Notes under the pieces: generated by a model
Database searches by the model: none
What the model saw: only the letters and a program-made list of their open reading frames with translations
Told to the model about the DNA's origin: nothing
In this document: piece by piece, positions 38,572 through 51,098 of the stretch
Numbering within the stretch: position 1 is the stretch's first letter
Layout: each line of letters begins with the position of its first letter
Program-made: the position numbers and the translations under genes
DNA from: Patescibacteria group bacterium
GTDB taxonomy: Bacteria > Patescibacteriota > Minisyncoccia > Phycocordibacterales > PALSA-1337
Assembly (NCBI GenBank): GCA_024654575.1
Contig: JANLHG010000005.1
Span: 65,260-129,259, forward strand
DNA length: 64,000 nt
Reading direction: 5' to 3'

Positions 38572-38892
38572 TTAAGCTATTGCAGGAGTTTCTTGTTGTT
38601 TGAATTCTTGAAAAGAAAAAAATGGAGTTTCTTCAATCTCTACACTAAAAGCAGCATATATAGATTCTCTAATCTGAGATTTTATTTCTGAATCAGTAGG
38701 ATTAGTATTTGTCCCTCCAGCAATCACTCCATCAATTTCATTACATTCAGCCATCCAACCATTCTCATTTTTTAAAAACTTAAAAGTCAACATTTTACCA
38801 ATTTTTCTCAATTCGTTTTCCACTCTAACTCTTTCACTTGGTGAAATATTTGTATCTCCCTCGAATATAAGCCCTATTTTTTGATTTTCCAT
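38572..38892 (-). CDS. HicB-like antitoxin (N-terminal domain only)
   Basis: Small and acidic; ENGWMAEC.EIDGVIAGG......I...IRESI pattern. Confidence 0.5.
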   Translation of the reverse strand: MENQKIGLIFEGDTNISPSERVRVENELRKIGKMLTFKFLKNENGWMAECNEIDGVIAGGTNTNPTDSEIKSQIRESIYAAFSVEIEETPFFSFQEFKQQETPAIA

Positions 38893-38965
38893 ATATTTTA
38901 TATTATACCTTGCAGGTAAATAGGTACACTAGCATAACTGTGCATAACTATGCAACTAATTATAC

Positions 38966-38991
38966 CACCCCATAGGCAAGACCTATGGGGT
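38966..38991. repeat. Palindrome cccc-atagg-caaga-cctat-gggg
   Basis: Same CATAGG-N5-CCTATG core as the 13987-14019 palindrome. Confidence 0.65.
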
Positions 38992-39028
38992 ATACACAAT
39001 AACTTTTATAGTATAAAATGCTTTCATT

Positions 39029-39595
39029 ATGGCATTGCTTGAATATAGTGAAGTAGTTGAGAGAAAATACATCATTCTTGATGGGCAACCATATGAGGTT
39101 ATTTCTTCGCATGTTTTTAGAAAACAACAAAGAAAACCGGTAAACGCCACCAAATTAAAAAATCTGATGACTGGTAAAGTAACTGAACACTCATATCATC
39201 AATCAGAAAAAATAGAAGAAGCGGAAATCGAAAAACGACCAGTAAAATTTTTATATCAAAATCGCGGAGAATACTGGTTTTGCGAAAATGATAATCCAAG
39301 CAAAAGATTTAAAGTTACAAATGAGAAAACGGGTCCTCAGGGCAAATTTTTGAAAGCTAATTCTGTAGTAGATATGCTTACCTTTAAAGAACAATTTATT
39401 GGTTTCAAATTCCCTATCACTGTTGATTTAAAAGTTACAGAAGCTGCTCCTTCTGTCAAAGGAAATACCGTTACTGGAGGACTAAAAATTGTTACTTTAG
39501 AAACAGGAGCAACGATAAATGTCCCCTTGTTTGTAAACGAAGGGGACATTATCCGAATCAATACCGAAACTGCAGAATACAGAGAAAGAATCTAA
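39029..39595 (+). CDS. efp: Elongation factor P
   Basis: KGNTVTGG.K..TLETG...VPLFV..GD.IRINT C-terminal signature. Confidence 0.95.
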   Translation: MALLEYSEVVERKYIILDGQPYEVISSHVFRKQQRKPVNATKLKNLMTGKVTEHSYHQSEKIEEAEIEKRPVKFLYQNRGEYWFCENDNPSKRFKVTNEKTGPQGKFLKANSVVDMLTFKEQFIGFKFPITVDLKVTEAAPSVKGNTVTGGLKIVTLETGATINVPLFVNEGDIIRINTETAEYRERI

Positions 39596-39596
39596 T

Positions 39597-40499
39597 CTAC
39601 TTTAATTCATTAAGCTTTGCTCTAGTCTTTGGACCGACAGTACCATATCCGGGATCTCCAGGATTAGCTACACCGTATTTGACTTGAAATCTTCCTACAG
39701 CATCTTCCGTAAGAGAACCGAAGAAATCTGTTTCATTACCAATTGAACCAACTCCTGTTTGAGCAATACGAGTGTCACTATCCGAGTTTAATATAACCTG
39801 TAATGTTTTTACATCATCACCAGATATTCCTTTAGATAAATGTCGAGTAAAATTCGCTGACGACGGAACGCTTATTGTCATTGAAGCACCAGTACCCATA
39901 AGCGATGCTTGGACATTTGCTATTGTCGTTGCTTCAGCTCCAAATGACTGGAGTAATCCTATGATTGCAGAAATTTGAACAGATGTAAGTTTTGAAGAAA
40001 CTGTTGAAGTAACAACGGGTATTACTGGTACGACAACTGGAGCTACATAGGCTACGGTTGAACCTCCACCTCCCCCACCTCTACTACTACTACCTGAACC
40101 AGAAGTTCCTGAAGAAAAACTACAATTGACATTAGCATCTGGTGTAACTGTAACGGTAGCTGTTGCTCCACCAGTAGGTGAAGAAAGTACAAGGCCAGAA
40201 TAAGTATCGGTACATTCTTCTGTTACATACAAACTTGAAGAATCGGTATTAAGTTGATATCTATTTCCAGACCTAACGGTAAGGGTAGAACCAGCATCGA
40301 GAGTTACTGAAAAATGGTCTGTATCCACAGTAATGCTATCTACAGCATCTGACGAACCACTTACGGCTAGAGATGTACTACTAAGACTAATGGTAGCATC
40401 TGTGGTCAAACTAACATCATTATACGAACCAGCAAACACCATCACTGGAAATAGCAAGATAACCCCTATACCTATTCTTAATTGATAATATTTAGACAT
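39597..40499 (-). CDS. Secreted Ser/Thr-rich protein with C-terminal peptidoglycan-binding domain
   Basis: Signal peptide; Gly/Ser linker; G.DVK.LQ.LN, FG.LT..AV.RFQ and G.VGPKTRAKLN motifs. Confidence 0.85.
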   Translation of the reverse strand: MSKYYQLRIGIGVILLFPVMVFAGSYNDVSLTTDATISLSSTSLAVSGSSDAVDSITVDTDHFSVTLDAGSTLTVRSGNRYQLNTDSSSLYVTEECTDTYSGLVLSSPTGGATATVTVTPDANVNCSFSSGTSGSGSSSRGGGGGGSTVAYVAPVVVPVIPVVTSTVSSKLTSVQISAIIGLLQSFGAEATTIANVQASLMGTGASMTISVPSSANFTRHLSKGISGDDVKTLQVILNSDSDTRIAQTGVGSIGNETDFFGSLTEDAVGRFQVKYGVANPGDPGYGTVGPKTRAKLNELK

Positions 40500-40508
40500 A
40501 GGAATAAT

Positions 40509-41045
40509 TTAACGAATAATAAGATAGTTAGTTGAAGAGCCAAAAGTTAAAACTGATGAAGGAATTCTGTCTGCACCAGTCAAATTAAGAAGTGTAACAT
40601 CAACAATACCTGTAGCTGTTGTTGAAGCTTGTGCTCCCTGCACAATAAACTGTGCTCCTATACCACCTACTCCACTAGTCGTTGTGGTTGCAAGAGTAAT
40701 AAATACTATATCTCCTGATGTAACATTTGAGATTGCGCACCAAGCACTACCCGTTGAAGTTGCTATAATAGATTGATCAGCTTTTAACGTACAAGTACCT
40801 TTTAGAACTTGTGTAAGTGCTGTTCCACTTGAACCAATAGCAACAGTTGAACTGTGAGTTGTTGCACCCGCAACAGCCAAAGTTGAACTCAAAGTAGTTG
40901 CACCAGTTACTGAAAGTGTCCCCGCAGTAGTAATGTTAGTGCTGATAGTAGTAGCAGCTGAAAGTGAAGCTGTAACCAGAAGTACTCCTACGACTACAGA
41001 AAGTACTACTGTAGAAAACTTTGCGTTTGATAAAAATTTTTTCAT
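40509..41045 (-). CDS. Hypothetical secreted Thr-rich protein
   Basis: Signal peptide; internal repeat TLSVTGATTLSS/TLAVAGATTHSS. Confidence 0.75.
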   Translation of the reverse strand: MKKFLSNAKFSTVVLSVVVGVLLVTASLSAATTISTNITTAGTLSVTGATTLSSTLAVAGATTHSSTVAIGSSGTALTQVLKGTCTLKADQSIIATSTGSAWCAISNVTSGDIVFITLATTTTSGVGGIGAQFIVQGAQASTTATGIVDVTLLNLTGADRIPSSVLTFGSSTNYLIIR

Positions 41046-41156
41046 ACAATGAACAAATTAAAAACTATTAATAATTAAAAACCTTCTAAGACAATATTTA
41101 GTATACATCTAAACTATATATATATAAAAAATATAAAAGTGGATAACTCAGAAAAG

Positions 41157-41366
41157 TTATCTAGACACAAAAGGAAGAAGCCCAATAAACCTAGCTTGTT
41201 TTACAGCAATGGAAAGTTTTCTTTGAAAATGAGCACTTAGACCTGTTTTTTTTCTAGAAAGCATTCGTCCATGTGGATTCAAAAACTTTTTAAGAATATC
41301 AACATCTTTATAATCAACGTGTTTTATATTATTTTGCGAAAAATAGCATTGTTTCATAGTAGTCAT
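41157..41366 (-). CDS. rpsR: 30S ribosomal protein S18
   Basis: VDYKD, QR.L..AVKQAR..GLLP; rpsF-ssb-rpsR gene order. Confidence 0.96.
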   Translation of the reverse strand: MTTMKQCYFSQNNIKHVDYKDVDILKKFLNPHGRMLSRKKTGLSAHFQRKLSIAVKQARFIGLLPFVSR

Positions 41367-41376
41367 AAAATTTTAA

Positions 41377-41817
41377 TTAAAATGGTATATCTTCTGGATT
41401 AATTTCCTCTTCTGGATACTCTATAGCCCCCTCAGCTGGTGCATCTACAGCTGACGATGGTGTAGCCATAGCTGGTGATCCAGTACCACCAGATTTTGGA
41501 CCAAACTGAAATCTTTCTGCCACTACTTCTGTCCTATATTTCTTTTGACCTTCTTTATCTTGCCAACTTCTATTTTGAATTCTACCTTCCACAAACACTC
41601 CTGCTCCTTTTTTCAAGTACTGTGCAGCAGTTTCTGCTTGTCTACCAAATAAAACAATATTATGAAAATCTGTAGATTCTTGTTTTGCTCCATTTTTATC
41701 TTTCCAGACACGATTAGTAGCGATACTAAAAGAAGTGACTTTAATACCAGATGGAAGAGCTCGAACCTCAGGGTCACGAGTAATATTTCCATATAATAAT
41801 ACTTTGTTTAAATACAT
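41377..41817 (-). CDS. ssb: Single-stranded DNA-binding protein
   Basis: LNKV.L.GN.TRDPE start; C-terminal DIPF. Confidence 0.97.
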   Translation of the reverse strand: MYLNKVLLYGNITRDPEVRALPSGIKVTSFSIATNRVWKDKNGAKQESTDFHNIVLFGRQAETAAQYLKKGAGVFVEGRIQNRSWQDKEGQKKYRTEVVAERFQFGPKSGGTGSPAMATPSSAVDAPAEGAIEYPEEEINPEDIPF

Positions 41818-41830
41818 AAAATTAATTATA

Positions 41831-42271
41831 TTATACTTCTTTCACCATTGCATCAATTTTCATATCAATTTCTTCGACAGAAATAAGTTTTTTATCTTCA
41901 TCTTTTTCAACTACCACTATAGGCTTTTGCGAAGCAAGAGTGCTTTCTTTAACTGTAGAAATAAGAAGATACCTTAAAATATTACTTTGAGAATCAAGAG
42001 CTTTTTTAATAGAATCAATTAAAGAAGATTGAATTTCAAATTTAACCCAACCAAAATAACCCTCATCGTGTTTGTTTATATTATAAGCAAGAGGTTGTAA
42101 TTTTGGAGTATCGCTAGAGATAATAACTCCACCCTCTTTTGTTACTATAGAATGAATAATTTCCATTTCTTCCAAAGCCTTATTTTCTGGAATAGAAGGA
42201 ACTAAAAAATAGCCCACCTCGTAGATCTTGTCACTATCTGTTATTTTGTTGCCTTCTTTTATATCTACCAT
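41831..42271 (-). CDS. rpsF: 30S ribosomal protein S6
   Basis: YE, LAY.I.K...GY and ILRYL motifs; operon context. Confidence 0.92.
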   Translation of the reverse strand: MVDIKEGNKITDSDKIYEVGYFLVPSIPENKALEEMEIIHSIVTKEGGVIISSDTPKLQPLAYNINKHDEGYFGWVKFEIQSSLIDSIKKALDSQSNILRYLLISTVKESTLASQKPIVVVEKDEDKKLISVEEIDMKIDAMVKEV

Positions 42272-43501
42272 TTATTGGTACACATTATCATAGATAATCT
42301 TTCTTGCAAGTATAAGACCAGACACTATAAAAAGTCCTAATGAAAAACCCCCAATAACATCACTAAACCAGTGTACATTCAGGTAGACCCTACTAAAACC
42401 AATTATAAGAAATGAAAATATAGAAACAAGGCCTATAATCTCTCTAGCAAACTTACGTTTTGTGTGAGATTGTAAAATGTAAAATAATAGACAGAAAAAC
42501 ACTATCGAAAAAACAGCATGTCCTGAAGGAAAACTATATCCTGTATCAAGATACAAGGCATTTTCAGGACGGGTTCTTTCAACTAAATATTTAACGAAAG
42601 TAACCATCACTGCACTGGCTCCGATTGATGAAATAAAAAGAAAAAAATTATCCCATATTTTTTTATATGCTAATACCGCAACTATAATAATAGTGAAAAT
42701 TGTAATATTTAAAGGTGAAAAATAATTGGTTACAAAAAACATCATTTCTGTCAAAAATGGTGTTTGAATTACCGTCATTTTTAAATTAAACCAGACATCT
42801 AATTGAGCAAAAACAGACTTCTCACTAAAACTATCATCAAGCATTTTAAAGAAAACATACAAAGAAGCGATGTTAATTCCAAGAGTAAAAAGATGATATC
42901 TAGCAAAAATATGTCTACGATTATTTATGTATTTATAACCCCATATAATTAAAATAGATAATACAATAGCGATAAAAATAAATCGACCAACATATCTTGA
43001 GACAATCTCATAGCTAGCTCCAAATACATACCCAATGATTATAGATGAGACAGCCCAACTAATACCTCCTAGAATATTAAATATCCAAAATTTTTTGATA
43101 TGGACTCCTCCAGCACCAGCTAAATAAGGAGTAAACGGTCTAGCGATTGGATTAAACCTACTTAAAATAAGGGCTTTACCACTATGCATATGCATAATTT
43201 CTTTTATTTTTTCAATATAATTCTTTTTTATAAAAAAACGATGTCCGTATTTTTCTAAAAACGAATAACCATATTTCTTACCAAGTTTATAACCAATAAT
43301 ATCCCCACAAATAGCCCCCAGTGAAACAAAAAACATCAGTGGTAATAATTTTAGTATTCCAAGTTTCGCTAAAAATCCAGAAAAAAATACAATAGTATGA
43401 CCAGGAATAAAAGAACCTACGACGGGAGTAGCCTCAAGTACAGATACCACAAAAACAATCCAATATCCGCCATGTTCTAAAATAAGACGCAAAAATTCCA
43501 T
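42272..43501 (-). CDS. DedA-PAP2 phosphatase fusion membrane protein
   Basis: DedA motifs (E.....G.F.PG, GD..GY.LG, RF.P); PAP2 motifs (K..V.R.RP, SFPSGH, SRVYL.VHW.SDV). Confidence 0.92.
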   Translation of the reverse strand: MEFLRLILEHGGYWIVFVVSVLEATPVVGSFIPGHTIVFFSGFLAKLGILKLLPLMFFVSLGAICGDIIGYKLGKKYGYSFLEKYGHRFFIKKNYIEKIKEIMHMHSGKALILSRFNPIARPFTPYLAGAGGVHIKKFWIFNILGGISWAVSSIIIGYVFGASYEIVSRYVGRFIFIAIVLSILIIWGYKYINNRRHIFARYHLFTLGINIASLYVFFKMLDDSFSEKSVFAQLDVWFNLKMTVIQTPFLTEMMFFVTNYFSPLNITIFTIIIVAVLAYKKIWDNFFLFISSIGASAVMVTFVKYLVERTRPENALYLDTGYSFPSGHAVFSIVFFCLLFYILQSHTKRKFAREIIGLVSIFSFLIIGFSRVYLNVHWFSDVIGGFSLGLFIVSGLILARKIIYDNVYQ

Positions 43502-43510
43502 ATTTTTTAA

Positions 43511-44341
43511 TTATATCATATACAAATCTTGATTATATCCACCAACCCCAACATAATACGCATCTCCAGCAATAATTTTTTCAAAAGGTTTACAAAAAAA
43601 GCAACCTTCATTTCCTTTCTGACAAAATAAAGTTTTTGAATCACGAGATGACTTTAGTTTTGAAGCAATTTCAATAACACGATTATACGAATCTTCCACT
43701 GAAGGTAATTTTACAGAAATCGGTTCGTTATCACGATCTAAATACCAGTAACTCGCTCCACTAACCTTTCTTTTCTGTAAATTTTTTAAAAGTAATTGAT
43801 AAATAGGCAATTGAAGTGAATCTTCACTTTCATCGTTTTTTCCAGTTTTGAAATCAAGAACATGAACACTATTGTCATCTGGAACATACGATAACCAATC
43901 TATTTTGCCACATAAAATAATATTTTGGTCTTCCGATAAAAAATAGCTAGGCAATTCCTGTTTTATTTTTACGGTTTTTTTGATAAGAATACCGGGATTA
44001 TTCATAACCCTTTTTATCATTTCTCTAGCTTTATCTTTTACTAATAATTCTTCCTTTTTATTTTTAAATCCACCCATTTTACCAGAAACTTTTTTCCAAG
44101 CTTCTTCCAATTTTTCTAAATTACAATGTTTCATTCTTTCTTCAGCACTAAAATTACTCAAATTTTCCAAAACTTCATGGACAGCTATTCCGAGCGCTAA
44201 AGAAGGATTTATTATATTTATTTTTCTACCAGTATTCGGATTTTTATAAACATTGTGTAGATAATAAGCGCGAGGACACTTCAAAAAATCTCCCATCGAG
44301 GAATGCGATACCCACGTTGCTGTATATTTATCTTTAGACAT
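43511..44341 (-). CDS. PD-(D/E)XK nuclease, AddB/Cas4-like with four Cys
   Basis: SHS...FLKCPR, G..VH..LE, GKID, DFKTG, QL.IY and CQKGNEGCFFC motifs. Confidence 0.88.
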   Translation of the reverse strand: MSKDKYTATWVSHSSMGDFLKCPRAYYLHNVYKNPNTGRKINIINPSLALGIAVHEVLENLSNFSAEERMKHCNLEKLEEAWKKVSGKMGGFKNKKEELLVKDKAREMIKRVMNNPGILIKKTVKIKQELPSYFLSEDQNIILCGKIDWLSYVPDDNSVHVLDFKTGKNDESEDSLQLPIYQLLLKNLQKRKVSGASYWYLDRDNEPISVKLPSVEDSYNRVIEIASKLKSSRDSKTLFCQKGNEGCFFCKPFEKIIAGDAYYVGVGGYNQDLYMI

Positions 44342-45650
44342 ATTTTTTTGTTCCACTAGCTTTTGTAATAAAGGCCTTATGTACATCTTTCTTTTCTCCA
44401 GCAGAAAATGAATCTATATAATTTCTAGATTTCATTGAATTTTCTTTAAGAATTCTATCAAAAGCAAGAGCATTTTTATCTATCATGAGAGCTACATCAT
44501 TAAAACCAATTAATTTTAAACCCGCTAATGTTCGTACTCGTGAAAGGGCTACGTATCCCTGCCCTGCCACAAATGATTTTGAAAGATCAATTTCAGCTCT
44601 ATCCAAACTCATTCCCTGACTTTTATGAACCGTAATAGCCCAAGCTAAACGTAATGGAATTTGTTCAATTCCCGCCTTAATTTTACCATCTTCTTCTATG
44701 GTCCAAGTTTCTCTCTCAACAATAATTTTCCGACCAGAAAGTGTTTTTACTATCGGCATATTATTTTTAAAATCTACTATTTTACCCAAGGTCCCATTAA
44801 CATAATCCAATTCATAATTATTTTTAACAAACATCACACTGGCTCCTTTTTTCAGACGTAATTTTTCTGGTGCTAAACAACTTTTTTTAATACTTTCCAC
44901 TAAATTCGCCGAACCTCTACTGGTCATAGTATATGTTTCTATCTCACCATCTAATTTATTTAATTCTTCATCATTAATTGAATCAACATCGGCATTGTGA
45001 GTATAAAGTTTTGTCGCCATATCAAGCTTCACATTCATTCTTGATTCCAATAGTTTTTTTAATTCATCTGTGACTTTTCCAGCTCGAATGTGATTCAAAA
45101 ACTTAGTAAAATCATCATCAGATTGACGATGCTGTTCGTGTAAGTAACAAATTCTTATATCAGAATTTTTCCAAGCTTTTGAATTATGTGCTGACTCTGA
45201 ATTTTGATTTCTTGAAATAGGTGGTAACTGAAAAAAATCTCCACAAAGAACAACTTGCATACCACCAAACGGTTCATTATTTCTTTTAAATAACCGACAA
45301 ACCCTTTCTACCATATCCAATCGAGTGGCTTCAAGCATTGAAATCTCATCGATAATCAAAACATTTGTTTTTTTAAAATGGTTCCAGAGGTATTGTTTCT
45401 GTTCAATGTGGTCAATATCATAATCAGAAAGAAAATCTTTGATACCAATACCCGTCCATGAATGAATAGTTGTTCCGTTCATATGAGTAGCAGCGATACC
45501 TGTTGAAGCTGTAACACCGACACCAACATCGTGAGTTTTTAAATATTTAATATATTGATTCAAAACATAAGTTTTCCCACTTCCCGCTGAACCAGTTAAG
45601 TAAACATTATGTCCCATTTTTAAAATATCTAGAGCATCTTTTTGAGTCAT
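44334..45650 (-). CDS. PIF1-family helicase
   Basis: GSAGSGKT, STGIAA, DEISM, GDFFQLPP, WAITVHKSQG and YVALSR motifs. Confidence 0.93.
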   Translation of the reverse strand: MTQKDALDILKMGHNVYLTGSAGSGKTYVLNQYIKYLKTHDVGVGVTASTGIAATHMNGTTIHSWTGIGIKDFLSDYDIDHIEQKQYLWNHFKKTNVLIIDEISMLEATRLDMVERVCRLFKRNNEPFGGMQVVLCGDFFQLPPISRNQNSESAHNSKAWKNSDIRICYLHEQHRQSDDDFTKFLNHIRAGKVTDELKKLLESRMNVKLDMATKLYTHNADVDSINDEELNKLDGEIETYTMTSRGSANLVESIKKSCLAPEKLRLKKGASVMFVKNNYELDYVNGTLGKIVDFKNNMPIVKTLSGRKIIVERETWTIEEDGKIKAGIEQIPLRLAWAITVHKSQGMSLDRAEIDLSKSFVAGQGYVALSRVRTLAGLKLIGFNDVALMIDKNALAFDRILKENSMKSRNYIDSFSAGEKKDVHKAFITKASGTKKYV

Positions 45651-45800
45651 AATATTAAATACCAACTAATTTTATAGCTAGATAAAGAACAGCTACTCCA
45701 ATTAATGATTATCATAATGGCTTATTATAATTCAATTTCTGTTTTTATTCTATTATTGACAATAAAATTAACTAATGTTAGCGTATGAAATAGAAAGGAG

Positions 45801-46169
45801 GTGAGAAATGTGAAAGTTGGACAAATAATCAATCAACTGGAATTACAACGAGGACATCGTAACGAAGAAAGAGTGGTAAACGCAGTATTGTCTGCAAATC
45901 TACCATGGATTCATTCGGTTCAACTAGCAAACAAAGAAGAAGATTGTCATGGTATTGATGTAGTCATTAATACCGATGTAGGAAAACTTTTTTTTCAAAT
46001 TAAAAGCTCCTATTACGGGAAAAAAAAGTTTCTTTATACACATAGAAAGTCTCGGACTCGGATCGCCATCATTGTCCTTAATCGTTATTTAACAGAAAAA
46101 GAGTTTCAAAAAATAGTAGAAGAAGCGATTCAGTCAGAGTATCAAACAATCCTCGCTATGCGAGAATAA
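45801..46169 (+). CDS. Small hypothetical protein, possible restriction-endonuclease-like fold
   Basis: E...D..GID.V........QIKSS pattern; own TTGACA-N17-TAGCGT promoter (45756-45784), AGAAAGGAG SD, terminator ~46174-46210. Confidence 0.6.
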   Translation: MRNVKVGQIINQLELQRGHRNEERVVNAVLSANLPWIHSVQLANKEEDCHGIDVVINTDVGKLFFQIKSSYYGKKKFLYTHRKSRTRIAIIVLNRYLTEKEFQKIVEEAIQSEYQTILAMRE

Positions 46170-46213
46170 AGTTAAAACCCTTCACAGTCGCATATTGTGG
46201 GGGGATTTTTACT

Positions 46214-48737
<2,524 letters not shown>

Positions 48738-48741
<4 letters not shown>

Positions 48742-49220
48742 GGTGTCGGTGCAAAAATATCCATCATATTTTCTTGTATAGTAAATGTTTGTGTAAATAA
48801 ACTAGTATTCCAAGAAATTTTAACCTCTATCATCGCATTATTTTCTACTGTATCATCAATATTAATAGTACGAGTAAAACCAGATTTAATTCCTCCATTA
48901 CCATAACCATACTGACCATTACTGCTATTATAAAGTAATTCTCCAGAATTACTTTTTGTGCCTGCAATAGTATCAATCATACAATCTGTATTTAAACACA
49001 AATCAAGTTCTTCAAGCCAAGATTTTGATGCTAAAAAATTACCATCTCTTACACTTCTAATATACTCAACAGCATCTTGAGCTAAATAATATGCTGTAAC
49101 TTGGTCTTTAGCATAAAGTGCAGATTGCACACCTCTATGAGCAATAGTAAGAGGACCTGTGACAGCCAACATCATTATCGCAACGGCTACTAATGTTTCT
49201 ATAAGTGTAAATCCTTTCAT
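48738..49220 (-). CDS. Minor pilin, PilV-like
   Basis: KG|FTLIE; AYYLAQDAVEYIR. Confidence 0.82.
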
Positions 49221-49221
49221 A

Positions 49222-49752
49222 TTAAAAATCTAAAGCTCTCTGAGTTATTGTTGTTTGTAAATTAAAATTTGTTTGATTTTTCAGCTTATCAAGCCCCGCG
49301 TAACCTTGAATTATCATAAAAATTTTAGGTTGCAAACTATCTCCCGGAGTAGTACCTGTCGAAACAAACTCAACATTGGTAATTTTCACTTCCGGAGCAG
49401 TGATGGGGATAGCTATAGAAGCTCCTTTCACTTTTTCAAATTCAATTCTATTTTGAGCTTCATTAAATATATATTTTGATGTCACGGATTCATAACCATT
49501 ACTAAATGCAACACCCTTTCCATCCGGGTCTACTACATAATCTTTACCTATTCTCAAATTTCTTGACATATCTTCCATAGCAAAATTGAGATTATTAATA
49601 ACTGATTTAAGAGCTTGAGTTTTTTTAGCTCCGCTAATAATTGAAAGCAATGCACCCGCTGCTACCAAAACCACAATACTAAAAACTGCTAAAGAAACCA
49701 TAATTTCAATTAATGAAAATCCTTTATTTTTATTTAAATAATTATTGACCAT
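49222..49752 (-). CDS. Minor pilin, PilW/GspJ-like
   Basis: KG|FSLIE; start at ATG 49752. Confidence 0.8.
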   Translation of the reverse strand: MVNNYLNKNKGFSLIEIMVSLAVFSIVVLVAAGALLSIISGAKKTQALKSVINNLNFAMEDMSRNLRIGKDYVVDPDGKGVAFSNGYESVTSKYIFNEAQNRIEFEKVKGASIAIPITAPEVKITNVEFVSTGTTPGDSLQPKIFMIIQGYAGLDKLKNQTNFNLQTTITQRALDF

Positions 49753-50356
49753 TTTGAATTGATATTTGACCTGTCTCTTGTACAATTATATCCTTTATCA
49801 CACCATTTCCTGAAGCCTTTACTTGAATTCGAGCATAACCGTAATAGTTTCCAGAAGTAGCATTAATGACAGCTGATGGGTCTGGACGATTAAATGTAAT
49901 ATCTAAAAATGTATCATCACAAACTTCCGTAAGACCCCCTATGTTACCAATACTACTACCCACACAAAACTTTTCTACAACAATCCCTTTTTTTAATATA
50001 AAAGTATTCACTTTCGTATCATTACCACTAGTTCCTCCATCATATTTACCATCTCCAGTACTTATTCCCGTATCTTTATTCGCGTTATTTAAATCTTGCT
50101 TATCAGTAAATACAACAAAAGATTTATCATTACTACTATCAAAATGAACTCCGTAAGCCACATTAAAATCATTCAAATTCCCTTTAACATTTATTCCGTA
50201 GGTTTGTGTTTCGCGAATGGTGAGTGCTATCTCATAAGCCAAATTTGTTAAAATAATTCCTCCATTAAAAGATTGATATTTCGCTAACACAAGTCCTGTG
50301 ACCACTGCAAATATGGAAATTGAGACTAAAAGCTCTATTAGAGTAAAACCTTTCAT
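49742..50356 (-). CDS. Minor pilin, FimT/GspH-like
   Basis: KG|FTLIE; YGVHF; C-terminal TGQI. Confidence 0.8.
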   Translation of the reverse strand: MKGFTLIELLVSISIFAVVTGLVLAKYQSFNGGIILTNLAYEIALTIRETQTYGINVKGNLNDFNVAYGVHFDSSNDKSFVVFTDKQDLNNANKDTGISTGDGKYDGGTSGNDTKVNTFILKKGIVVEKFCVGSSIGNIGGLTEVCDDTFLDITFNRPDPSAVINATSGNYYGYARIQVKASGNGVIKDIIVQETGQISIQNGQ

Positions 50357-50359
50357 ACT

Positions 50360-51097
50360 CTATATTATAACATTAATATGAAAAAAGAATGTTATCAGCA
50401 TACCTAGGATAAGATATGGAGCAAAAGGTATTTCTGTCTTCATACCAATATGTTTACCAAAAATAGAAGAAATTCCTATCCACAAAAGTCCAGCTACTGC
50501 ACCAATCCAAAAACCCAAAATTATTGAAGAAACTCCTTCAGTAAACCCCATAAAAAAACCTATACCTATAGCCAATTTTGCATCACCAAAACCCATCCAT
50601 TTACCTTTTGATAAATACCATAATAAAAAGAATGGAGTGAAAAGAATTGGACCAGCTAATAAATCAAAAATGCTAGTATAATAAAAAAGTTTTAAAGCAC
50701 TTAAAGCGATAAAAGTGTAAACTAACCCATCTGGAATAATTTTATGTCGTAAATCATAAACAGTGATAATTATAAGAATAGAAAAAATAGTTAAATAATA
50801 TGGAAAAAATTCTATTGGGAAAAAAGCAACATATGATGCAAAAATAAAACCCGTAAAAAGTTCAACCAAAGGATACTGTAGAGAAATCTTCGCTTTACAT
50901 TGAGAACATCTACCTTGCAATAATAAAAAACTTAATATTGGGAAAAGTTCATACCACTCCAGTTTTTTACCACAAGAAAAACATCCTGACCGTCCAGTTA
51001 TGGATACACCAGTGTTATATCTCAAAATAACAACATTAAGAAAAGAACCGATTATGATACCAAAAATAAAAAAAGATGTGAGATAAAAAAAATCCAT
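50360..51097 (-). CDS. pilD: Prepilin peptidase
   Basis: GSFLNVV, two CxxC pairs, MGFGDAKL and IPFAPYL motifs. Confidence 0.95.
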   Translation of the reverse strand: MDFFYLTSFFIFGIIIGSFLNVVILRYNTGVSITGRSGCFSCGKKLEWYELFPILSFLLLQGRCSQCKAKISLQYPLVELFTGFIFASYVAFFPIEFFPYYLTIFSILIIITVYDLRHKIIPDGLVYTFIALSALKLFYYTSIFDLLAGPILFTPFFLLWYLSKGKWMGFGDAKLAIGIGFFMGFTEGVSSIILGFWIGAVAGLLWIGISSIFGKHIGMKTEIPFAPYLILGMLITFFFHINVII

Positions 51098-51098
51098 T

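Noticed and set aside
40068-40120. Short tandem cca/cta repeats
   Set aside because: They encode the Gly/Ser linker of the peptidoglycan-binding protein
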